DNA from: Candidatus Methanomethylicia archaeon | GTDB lineage: Archaea; Thermoproteota; Methanomethylicia; CALHIW01 | Direction of reading: 5' to 3' | NCBI GenBank assembly: GCA_038845975.1 | Contig: JAWBQF010000038.1 | Span: 1-21,948 of the forward strand | Length of the DNA: 21,948 bases | Shown here: positions 8,403-16,790 of the stretch, one piece after another | Position numbering within the stretch: the first letter of the stretch is position 1 | Layout: every line of letters begins with the position of its first letter | Notes under the pieces: model-generated | Seen by the model: the letters and a program-made list of their open reading frames with translations, nothing else | Databases searched by the model: none | Told to the model about the DNA's origin: nothing | Position numbers and translations under genes: made by a program

Positions 8403-9779
8403 GTGTACGAAACACATTTGCGATGTATATACTGTGGTAGAAAATATGAAATATATCCAGACAGAGAACCTTCAGAATTAAACGGAAGACTTCTTTGTCC
8501 TTATTGTTCTGATAAGCATAAAGGCATATATGGATCTCTTGAAGTGGTTTATGATTATGAAAAAATAAAAGAAATACCAGATATCAATAAAATGTTTAAG
8601 CGACCTATTGAGACTATATGGGATTTCGGATTCATGTTACCAACACACATTAAGCCTATAACTTTAGAAGAGGGGGGAACACCGTTATATTTATGTAAAA
8701 GATTAGGGGAATATTATGAAATAGAAAATCTATATGTAAAATATGAAGGAGTAAATCCAACAGGATCATTCAAAGATAGAGAGTCTTCAGTTGCTATTAC
8801 AAGAGCCTTAGAAATTGGAGCTATGGGTGTAACGACCGTAAGCTCAGGTAATGCAGCTTCATCGCTTGCATGCTATGCTGCAAAAGCAGGTCTTAAATGT
8901 CTAGTTTTTGCACCTTCATCAACATCTATCGAAAAGCTTACACAAATAGGTGCTTTTGATGCTGAATGCTTAACTGTGGATGGAACTATTGAGGACGTAT
9001 GGGAGACAATAAATGCAGGGCCTCAATCAAATCCACTAGCAATAGCTCTTTCAAAGTTCATCTATACATACTATTATGACTGTAATCCAGCATTAAATCC
9101 ATACAGATCTGAAGGAGATAAAACTGAGGCATATGAAATTTTTGTAAGTCTAGGTGAGGTGCCAGATTGGGTAGCAGTACCGATTGGTAATGGATGTAAC
9201 CTTATAGGGATATGGAAGGGATTTAAAGAAATGGTAGAAATAGGGATTACAGACAAACTTCCAAGGATAATAGGTGTACAGGTTAAGAGAGGAGATCCAA
9301 TTCTTCAAGCATTTGATAAGGGAATTTTTACATCAATCCCAATTCTGAATCCACCTCACTCAATAGCGGAGGGAATAGTAGCAAGAGATTCATATGATGC
9401 TCCCCGTGCATTAATGGTTATGAAGGAGGCTAAGGCAAAAGCTGTAGCTGTTGATGATGAGGAAATAATAGATGCTTTACTAACACTAGCTAAACTTGAA
9501 GGAATATTTGCTGAACCAACAGCTTCTACAACATTAGCTGCTGTTGAAAAACTACGTGAAGCACATGTCATAGATAAAAGTGATAAGGTAGTATGTGTAG
9601 TTACAGGAGGGGGGCTAAAGGCGGTTAAGGAAGTCTTAACATATTGTCGTAAGGAAGTAAAACCAATAGATAGAATTAAGAGAGGCGATTATAATACATT
9701 ATTTAGAGATGTACAAAAAATAGCTAGAAAGCATTTTCAGACAGGTTCCTCAACAAGGGCGATGAGAAGTGAATTATAG
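8403..9779 (+). CDS. Threonine-synthase-like fold-II PLP enzyme with N-terminal Zn ribbon
   Basis: CIYC...CPYC, TLEEGGTPL, NPTGSFKDR (PLP lysine), SSGNAASSLA, NPYRSEGDKT, PIGNGCNL, GIFAEPTAS, TGGGLK. Several motifs deviate from canonical ThrC, so no gene symbol is given. Confidence 0.85.
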   Translation: MYETHLRCIYCGRKYEIYPDREPSELNGRLLCPYCSDKHKGIYGSLEVVYDYEKIKEIPDINKMFKRPIETIWDFGFMLPTHIKPITLEEGGTPLYLCKRLGEYYEIENLYVKYEGVNPTGSFKDRESSVAITRALEIGAMGVTTVSSGNAASSLACYAAKAGLKCLVFAPSSTSIEKLTQIGAFDAECLTVDGTIEDVWETINAGPQSNPLAIALSKFIYTYYYDCNPALNPYRSEGDKTEAYEIFVSLGEVPDWVAVPIGNGCNLIGIWKGFKEMVEIGITDKLPRIIGVQVKRGDPILQAFDKGIFTSIPILNPPHSIAEGIVARDSYDAPRALMVMKEAKAKAVAVDDEEIIDALLTLAKLEGIFAEPTASTTLAAVEKLREAHVIDKSDKVVCVVTGGGLKAVKEVLTYCRKEVKPIDRIKRGDYNTLFRDVQKIARKHFQTGSSTRAMRSEL

Positions 9780-11166
9780 CTTACCAGTGGTTCATCCAAA
9801 GGAATACTTTAAAAAACAAGATTTAGGAGAAAATTTATCAATAGGTGATGATGGCCAGTTAAGATTCAATAACTTTAAAGTTTCTGACTTCATTAAGAAA
9901 AACGTAAATAGATGTTACGTATCGGATATAACATTACTTAAGAAAAGAGGAAATAGATTAAGAAATGCTTTTTCAAAATATGGCTATGAGTTTAAGCCGT
10001 TCTATGCTGTTAAAGCTAACTTTCATCCACAATATATTAAGACACTAGTTAGTATGGGATTTGGAGTGGAAGTGGCAAATATATATGAATTAAGATATGT
10101 AATTGAAAATTTAAACCTTAAAAACATACCAATAATTTGTAATGGAATAGCGAAGCATGCAAAGTTTAACTCAAATGGTAAGTCACTTGTAGAATACGTA
10201 GCTGAGCTAGAAGGATATGAAGATTTGACAATTAATATAAACTCATACTATGAGGCTAAAGAGCTATTAAAAATCTTAAATAGAATTCAACAAAAGATAA
10301 ATGTTGGATTACGTATAAATATTGAGCTGCATGATAAATTGGTGCATGAAGATTTATACACAGGAGCGGGATATACGAGATTTGGATTAAGAGACAGAGA
10401 CATAGCGAGAACTATTGAGAGCTTAAAAAATTCAAGATGGATAAGAATTTCTGAGCTACATACGCATATAGGATCTCAAATAACCACACTACATGCATTT
10501 AAAAAAATGTCTAAGAAACTTACTGAAATACTTTCTAAAATCAAGAGCAGATACGGTATCAATATAGAAAAAATAAACTTTGGTGGGGGGGTAGCGGTTA
10601 ACTACATTAAGAAAAAAGCAAAGTCTATTGACTATAGTGAATTTTACTGTAACTACAATGTAGAAATGTGGGCTAAGGCCTTAATTGACCCTATTTCAAG
10701 AGAGATTAAAAATGAAAAACCCATACTTGAAGTTGAAGTTGGACGCTGGTTAACAGCCCCGACAATGATCTATCTTGTTAGAGTAGTTGATAAAGTTAGA
10801 GTATCATCAAAATTTAAATCGTATCTTAAGGACGCTGATGAGTGGCTTATAGTAAATGGAAGCGCTATAACCGATCTTCCAGATATAGTGTTACTAAAAC
10901 AATGGTTTGAAATTGTAAATGCATCAAAAGTAGGAGAACCGTTAACAAAATTTTATAATATAGGAGGAGTAGCTTGCGACTCAGGAGATGTATTTGCATG
11001 GGGTAGAGATAGAACTGGACCACGAAAGCTTCCTGAAACCAATGTTGGAGATGTTTTAGCAGTTTTAGACGTTGGGGCATATCAATTACCACTAAGTAAT
11101 AATTATAACTGCTTACCTAAACCTAAGGTGTTTGTTATTAATGATGGGTATGTTATCTCTGATTAA
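9769..11166 (+). CDS. Fold-III PLP decarboxylase (Orn/DAP/Arg family) with arginine-decarboxylase-like motifs
   Basis: YAVKAN, IICNG, RFGL, HTHIGSQI, NFGGG, EVGRWL, NGSAITDLPDIVLLKQWF, ACDSGD, VGAYQ..LSNNYN. The GTG start overlaps the upstream gene's end by 11 bp. Confidence 0.85.
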   Translation: MNYSLPVVHPKEYFKKQDLGENLSIGDDGQLRFNNFKVSDFIKKNVNRCYVSDITLLKKRGNRLRNAFSKYGYEFKPFYAVKANFHPQYIKTLVSMGFGVEVANIYELRYVIENLNLKNIPIICNGIAKHAKFNSNGKSLVEYVAELEGYEDLTININSYYEAKELLKILNRIQQKINVGLRINIELHDKLVHEDLYTGAGYTRFGLRDRDIARTIESLKNSRWIRISELHTHIGSQITTLHAFKKMSKKLTEILSKIKSRYGINIEKINFGGGVAVNYIKKKAKSIDYSEFYCNYNVEMWAKALIDPISREIKNEKPILEVEVGRWLTAPTMIYLVRVVDKVRVSSKFKSYLKDADEWLIVNGSAITDLPDIVLLKQWFEIVNASKVGEPLTKFYNIGGVACDSGDVFAWGRDRTGPRKLPETNVGDVLAVLDVGAYQLPLSNNYNCLPKPKVFVINDGYVISD

Positions 11167-11264
11167 TCATTTATTTTAATAGTTTTAGACTATATATTCC
11201 AAGTAGTGAAGCATTTTACTTAGGCTCATATCATATTTAACTCTATAACTAACTCTATTTCCTC

Positions 11265-12866
11265 CTAATTACAAACTCCACAGGAGCTACATGTACTAGG
11301 ACATGGTTGAGTAAACAGTGCTAACGTCATTTTATAATATTCTGCTTTTAAGAAATCAATAGAAATACCATTATCAATAATATTAAATAAAGGGTTTTCA
11401 TTAATATTAACAGTCAGCATCCTTGAATAATCATGAATATTTAACCTTAGCCATCCAATTAATGATTGCCAATTTACTAAATTACTAGCTAAAATGTTAG
11501 TAGATAGTAATTCTGATAGTTCAGAGGTGCCTAGTGATAATATATGTTCTAAACAACCCATAGACCACGATCCTATACTGATACTTATTTTCTTGCTTTT
11601 TAGGGGTTTTAATATTTTAGTCTTTTTGAGATATTCCTTCCTACTTATATAGGGAACCCACTGCATTGGTGTATAGGGCTTGGGAATTAAAGGATTTACG
11701 CTTAATTTTAGCAATCCTTTAAAATTCTCTAAGATCTTACTAGAAATAGTGTTAATAGCCTCTATGTCTTTAATGGATTCATTTGGTAATCCAACCATAA
11801 AATACATTTTTAAACTTGGAACATTGTTTCTTTGAAATAATTTAGCAACATTTAATATGAGGGAGTTAGGAATAGGTTTATTAATCAAGGTTCTTAAGAA
11901 ATTTGATCCACTTTCAGGAGCTATTGTAATAGTTTTTTGACTTCCTTTTAGTAGGAAACTTATAATATCCTCATCTAAAACATCAATCCTAAGTGATGGA
12001 GTTGAGAAAAATAGACCCTTTGACAATATAAGTTCACATATCTCCTTAAATTTTGGATGATCAGATGCTGAAGTGCCAACTAAAATGATTTTGTTAATTT
12101 TATGATTTTCAATAGCTTCATCGATTATTTTTTCAATTTTTTTAATGGATCTATAACGTGGGGGGCGATATATATAACCTGAAATACAGAATCGACATCC
12201 ACGTCCACATCCTCTTGAAATCTCGAGTAAAAATGAGTTGCTAAATATTGGTTTTGTTGATTTATCATACATTCTAGTTAATACCTGAATTGTCGGATAA
12301 AAAGCGTCATCAATATTCTCAACCCAGACTCTCTTAGTTTTATTTCCAACTTCTGGTAAGTAAAGCCCAGTTATAGATGAAAAATCAAGAAAATCACGTT
12401 TAATATTCTTTAATGATAAAGCTCTCTCGATAAACTTAGGAACTAGTACCTCGGCTTCACCTATGAAGAAAATATCTATAAAGTTTGATAAAGGAAGGGG
12501 GTTTTCCATTACACATGGTCCGCCAGCAATAATAATTGGATGACTAGTATTTCGTTTCTGTCTATCTACTGGTATCTTTGAATTAATTAAAATTTTAAAC
12601 ATATTTATGTAATCAAGTTCAAATTGTAAAGTAAATGCTATAATGTCAAACTTAGATAGTGGTAATTGAGATTCGAGAGAAAAAGTATTCTCTAGAAAAA
12701 ACCTTTCACATACCACATTTTCATAGCTATTGAAAAGGTTATAAATATAATGCAATGCTAGACATGACATGCCGATTCTATATTGATTTGGGTAGCATAA
12801 AGCTACTTTTAAATCAGTCCTTCTAATATTTTTCTTTACTATGTTATCCTCCTTTACTACCTTCAC
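11265..12866 (-). CDS. Radical SAM protein with B12-binding-like N-terminal domain (TIGR03960/COG1032-like), function unknown
   Basis: YPNxYxIGMS, SLESxxPLxxFDIIAF, AGGPC, EISRGCGRGCRFC (CxxxCxxC), APESGS, YFMVGLP, PKPYTP, C-terminal CxxxCxxCGVC. Confidence 0.85.
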   Translation of the reverse strand: MKVVKEDNIVKKNIRRTDLKVALCYPNQYRIGMSCLALHYIYNLFNSYENVVCERFFLENTFSLESQLPLSKFDIIAFTLQFELDYINMFKILINSKIPVDRQKRNTSHPIIIAGGPCVMENPLPLSNFIDIFFIGEAEVLVPKFIERALSLKNIKRDFLDFSSITGLYLPEVGNKTKRVWVENIDDAFYPTIQVLTRMYDKSTKPIFSNSFLLEISRGCGRGCRFCISGYIYRPPRYRSIKKIEKIIDEAIENHKINKIILVGTSASDHPKFKEICELILSKGLFFSTPSLRIDVLDEDIISFLLKGSQKTITIAPESGSNFLRTLINKPIPNSLILNVAKLFQRNNVPSLKMYFMVGLPNESIKDIEAINTISSKILENFKGLLKLSVNPLIPKPYTPMQWVPYISRKEYLKKTKILKPLKSKKISISIGSWSMGCLEHILSLGTSELSELLSTNILASNLVNWQSLIGWLRLNIHDYSRMLTVNINENPLFNIIDNGISIDFLKAEYYKMTLALFTQPCPSTCSSCGVCN

Positions 12867-13035
12867 TAAACAATCACATCATCAGCTATATTTAATGAGT
12901 TTACATAAGATTTAAAAATAAAAGCTTTACGGCTTTAATTAGACATATCTAAAGCATTTCTTTTAGGAAATCTAGTCCTTAACACTTTGAAATGACTATG
13001 TATAATTAACTCTAATAATTTAGCTTTTAAATATT

Positions 13036-13146
13036 GAAGTCATTACAAAACTCTAGAATTTAAGCATGTTAACAATCTTTTACAATACTATTCTCATGTA
13101 GAATTAAACCAGTTAAACCTTAGTAGTAGAGTTTTGCAATGACTTC
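13036..13146. mobile_element. 111-bp MITE-like element (family B) with 20-bp TIRs and ATT target duplication
   Basis: gaagtcattacaaaactcta (13036-13055) vs tagagttttgcaatgacttc (13127-13146): 19/20 inverted match. att is present at 13033-13035 and 13147-13149. Confidence 0.75.
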
Positions 13147-13267
13147 ATTGTATTGAAGCTGCCTCTCTCATTTACCAAATCTAATTTTATGCTTAGACCT
13201 TAAATTAAAATTGATAAAGATCTAAGCATAAACCAGTATGAAGTTCATGCTATGATAATTAAATTAC

Positions 13268-13849
13268 CTAAGTCTCGACTTGAAGTTCATGTAGTTTAAC
13301 AACTCTACTTTTTTGAATCTCAACTCTTCTAAGAGGATATATCTTACGCGCTTCATTGGTTATTTCAGATGCTATTTTTCCTAAAATCATCTGTTGTACA
13401 AACTCATCTATATTACATTGTTGAGACTTTTGATGAATAATATTCATCATGATTTTTCTTATAGCCTTTTTCTGTGATGTTTGACAACGATGTGTAGTTA
13501 CGGCCATACACGTAATTCTTAACTTCCAGCTGTCCTTTGTTTCAACAGAGGTTATTTCACGTATAAGACTTACACCTCTTCGAATTAAATGTCTTACATA
13601 ATCTCTTGTGAGTTCATGGCCATAAAATACAGTATAAGCTTTAATACTATCAACTTTAACCACTCTAAACCTTAATTTTATATGTACCTGTGAAATGTCG
13701 TTAGTAATGTTATACAATGTTGTTTCAACGGTTCTACCAATTATACTTGCTTCTTCATTTGCTATTATTTTACCTATTTCAGCAAGACCAAAATACGGTG
13801 GAGCAAATACTGTATACTGTACTTTAGCTGATTTCTTTTTAGTTGTCAC
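13268..13849 (-). CDS. rps3ae: 30S ribosomal protein S3Ae (eS1)
   Basis: YTVFAPPYFG, GRTVETTLYNITND, GHELTRDYVRHLIRRG, KIYPLRRVEIQKS. GTG start with aggtg SD. Confidence 0.95.
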   Translation of the reverse strand: MTTKKKSAKVQYTVFAPPYFGLAEIGKIIANEEASIIGRTVETTLYNITNDISQVHIKLRFRVVKVDSIKAYTVFYGHELTRDYVRHLIRRGVSLIREITSVETKDSWKLRITCMAVTTHRCQTSQKKAIRKIMMNIIHQKSQQCNIDEFVQQMILGKIASEITNEARKIYPLRRVEIQKSRVVKLHELQVET

Positions 13850-13946
13850 TTAATTACACCTTTAGTATCTTCGATAGAGCCTACTTATATATTTTTAACT
13901 ACTTATCACTCTCTAAATTATTTATAATTACCAAATATGTCAATAT

Positions 13947-14213
13947 CTAGAATTTTAGATTATCGATTACAGTTTTTAGTTTCTCAATAGACGATATGCA
14001 TTGTAAAAGATCGTCAACAGCATAAAGTAAGCTGCCAAGCTCCTTCCATGATTTAATTTTAAATACTAAACTATTGTCTTTAATTGCTGATCGTATTTCT
14101 ATATACGAAGGAAGATTAATATTATCAGGCTGAGTTGAATCAAATATTAACTTAGCTACTTTAGCATTTAAATATACAATTTTAACAATAGCTTTAACAG
14201 GACTACAAATCAT
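13947..14213 (-). CDS. pcc1: KEOPS complex subunit Pcc1
   Basis: ~88 aa with S-x-x-P-D-N and GSLLYAVDDLL pattern. Conserved position between the DHH gene and rps3ae. ATG 14213 is preferred over GTG 14225 because ggtgg then serves as the SD. Confidence 0.75.
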   Translation of the reverse strand: MICSPVKAIVKIVYLNAKVAKLIFDSTQPDNINLPSYIEIRSAIKDNSLVFKIKSWKELGSLLYAVDDLLQCISSIEKLKTVIDNLKF

Positions 14214-15648
14214 AATTTTTACCACCTAATTGTTTCCCAATGAGTTCATCTAGTATTTGGAGGAAGCGTTCTTCAGTACCTATTGGTATAAATGCGCCAG
14301 CAGCTATATCATGTCCTCCACCCTTTCCACCTACTTTTTCTGCTGCCTCTTGTACGGCAGATCCTATATTTATTCCAATAATTCGGGATGGAGAACGGGC
14401 AGACACCTTTATTTGACCATCACTGTTAGCAAAGGCAATTATAACTTTATTCTGAGAAAATAGGCACGAATTCATGGTGACTGATATCATTGTTCCAATC
14501 ATCGAATCCTCTATAAATGATCCGCCATGAAAGCTTTGAATATATATACCCTTTTTAATTCTTTCAGGATTTTCAAATAACCATGCTATATAGCTTGATA
14601 TTTTTCTACGATATTCAACTATTAGTTGGTTTGCTTCTTCTATTGCTTTATCATGCTTCATACATACAGCAATTCCAAGACCACCTTTACCCATTCTGCC
14701 ACAAGCATTTAATAGTGATGAAAACTCACGAATATCTCTTAGTGGAGAAGAAGGGGGTTCATCATTTACAATGTATGTATAGCCTATAATTGACTCTGCT
14801 TCCTTGGGTTCCATTCCCTTACTTATCATGTGTTTTATGAGGTTTGATGTTAAATTTGATTTTTCAACGTCATTAAGATCATTAAGGGTTTTCCATTTCC
14901 CATCAGATTTCTTAGGTTCAATGCCTATATTCTTGAGAAATTTATAACAGGCACCCTCATCACCACTAAGACCAGGTATGAATGGATCTGTTGTGTATTC
15001 TAATGATTTAATTAGTGGACGTGTTTCAGCTCCGAAAAGTCTTAAGCTTAACTTACATTTTATTAATCCAGCATTTTCTGCTTTTTGAACAATCATACTA
15101 TTTATACCAGTTAAACTTCGCATTTCACCTCTATCTTGTCTATCACCTATAGCTCCAACAATGGCAAGTACTGATAGATTTAGACTGCCTTCAGGAATTG
15201 CTTTCTCAGCAATTAAAAATGCTAATCCAGCACTACTTATCTCATAAGATCCATTTAAATTGAATAAATGAGGATTTAACTCAATTAGTTTTTTATCTTC
15301 TTTAAAGAATTTTGATGTCTCATGATGATCAATAATTATAATATCATTTTCTGGAGCTACATTTCTAATTACGTCTTTATATCCGCTTCCAAAATCGAGA
15401 AATATTAGAACATCAGATTTGGAGGGAAACATATTCAATATGTTTTTCTCATTGAGTTGCATTATGATTTTTGCATGAAACCTTGTTTTAAAGTGAGCTA
15501 GTATAGAGACAAGAATACTAGCTGATGATATTCCATCAGCATCATGATGTGCTAAAATTTTAAAATTCTTACCGTCATTTATAAAATCCCTTATAACTTT
15601 AGCTATCTGATCCGCCTTTTTTAATAGTGAATCTCTATTGGAATTCAT
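14203..15648 (-). CDS. DHH-family RecJ-like nuclease, probable GAN/Cdc45 orthologue
   Basis: HHDADG, LDFGSG, IDHH, GAIGD, LLNACGR, KVSAR, GGGHDIAAG (DHHA1). Sits in the rps15-DHH-pcc1-rps3ae context known for GAN. Confidence 0.85.
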   Translation of the reverse strand: MNSNRDSLLKKADQIAKVIRDFINDGKNFKILAHHDADGISSASILVSILAHFKTRFHAKIIMQLNEKNILNMFPSKSDVLIFLDFGSGYKDVIRNVAPENDIIIIDHHETSKFFKEDKKLIELNPHLFNLNGSYEISSAGLAFLIAEKAIPEGSLNLSVLAIVGAIGDRQDRGEMRSLTGINSMIVQKAENAGLIKCKLSLRLFGAETRPLIKSLEYTTDPFIPGLSGDEGACYKFLKNIGIEPKKSDGKWKTLNDLNDVEKSNLTSNLIKHMISKGMEPKEAESIIGYTYIVNDEPPSSPLRDIREFSSLLNACGRMGKGGLGIAVCMKHDKAIEEANQLIVEYRRKISSYIAWLFENPERIKKGIYIQSFHGGSFIEDSMIGTMISVTMNSCLFSQNKVIIAFANSDGQIKVSARSPSRIIGINIGSAVQEAAEKVGGKGGGHDIAAGAFIPIGTEERFLQILDELIGKQLGGKNYDL

Positions 15649-15724
15649 ATCACTTATGAATTAATTATAAACCTAATAGTCTTATACTTATTCATTTCCT
15701 ATATTTAAATTCTCTCTGAAGAAA

Positions 15725-16168
15725 CTATTTTGGAGTGAATAGAGCAGCTGAATACTTCCAATCAGCAGGTAGTATGCCTTCACGCTTATAATACTTTACA
15801 AGCCTATATATTCTAGATTCTAATAGCATCAGTCCTCTCTTAGAGAACATGTCTTTAGGATGAGCTTCTAGATGAGTATGAATTCTTTGAGCACGTTGTA
15901 TCATATTTTGAAGATCTTCAGGAAGAATAGGGGAGAGACCCTTTTCTTTCAGTATATGGGAAATGCCTTTGCCGGTAAGCTCTTTAACTGATGGAATACC
16001 ATATTGATCTCTTAATCTTATCCCAATCATAGATGGTCCTAAACCTTTACGTGCTAGTTCAATTACTAGACTCTCGATCTCATTTGGCGGGTATTTAACC
16101 CATTTATCAGCCTCTGTTTTAACTGGTCTGGTGCTATGTGATTTTCCTTTCTCCTTACTTTTTCTCAA
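15725..16168 (-). CDS. rps15: 30S ribosomal protein S15 (uS15/S13e)
   Basis: GKSHSTRP, PSMIGIRLRDQYGIP, PEDL, ESRIYRLVKYYK. TTG start with aggtga SD. Confidence 0.95.
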   Translation of the reverse strand: MRKSKEKGKSHSTRPVKTEADKWVKYPPNEIESLVIELARKGLGPSMIGIRLRDQYGIPSVKELTGKGISHILKEKGLSPILPEDLQNMIQRAQRIHTHLEAHPKDMFSKRGLMLLESRIYRLVKYYKREGILPADWKYSAALFTPK

Positions 16169-16205
16169 ATAAACTCACCTAAGTACGCACTAAAAGACTA
16201 AGCTA

Positions 16206-16790
16206 CTAATAAACTTTTCCTAAAAATTTATTAAGCCATATACAAAACTTTGTAACAGACTTAGCTCTATGTGAATACATAGATTTTTCCTCTAAGCTCA
16301 TTTCAGCAAACGTTTTTTGTGTAGAGCCTTCAGGCTTAAATATGGGATCAAAACCGAATCCATAGTATCCTCTAGCATTATTTGTGATTTCTCCATAAAC
16401 TGTACCAATAAATATCTTACATATGTTTTCATCACAAAAGGCAATAGCTGATTTAAAATAAGCTCTCCTATCTGTTATATCTTTCATGAGTTTTAAGATT
16501 CCAAGATAACCTATTGTTTTATAAACATACGATGAGTATGGTCCTGGAAATCCATTAAAAGCTTTAATATAAAGCCCAGAATCCTCAACTACTAATGGCT
16601 TCCTTAACTTTTTCCAAATAATCCTAGCACTAAAATATGCAATTTTAGCTAAATTATCAGACTGAACTTCAATTTTTTTGATAGTAATTGGTTTAAATTC
16701 AACACCGTATTTACTTGCAATTTCATTTGCTTCATCAACTTTATTTAAATTTTTAGTTATGAAAAATATTTGTTTCTTAAAGTTATTAAT
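16206..16790 (-). CDS. rdgB: Non-canonical purine NTP pyrophosphatase (HAM1/RdgB, XTP/dITP diphosphatase), 194 aa, probable ATT start
   Basis: The track ORF 16206-16487 is only the C-terminal half (GFGFDPIF, TFAEM, SHRAK). The frame stays open upstream through FFITKNLNKV, KIEVQSD, VEDSGLYI, GFPGPYS to an in-frame TGA at 16794-16796, with no ATG/GTG/TTG. Confidence 0.9.
   Translation of the reverse strand: MNNFKKQIFFITKNLNKVDEANEIASKYGVEFKPITIKKIEVQSDNLAKIAYFSARIIWKKLRKPLVVEDSGLYIKAFNGFPGPYSSYVYKTIGYLGILKLMKDITDRRAYFKSAIAFCDENICKIFIGTVYGEITNNARGYYGFGFDPIFKPEGSTQKTFAEMSLEEKSMYSHRAKSVTKFCIWLNKFLGKVY

Noticed and set aside
8403-9779. Cysteate synthase (coenzyme M pathway) call
   Set aside because: The PLP motif is GSFKDR (ThrC-type), not the SFKELEA-type I associate with cysteate synthases. 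No com genes are nearby.
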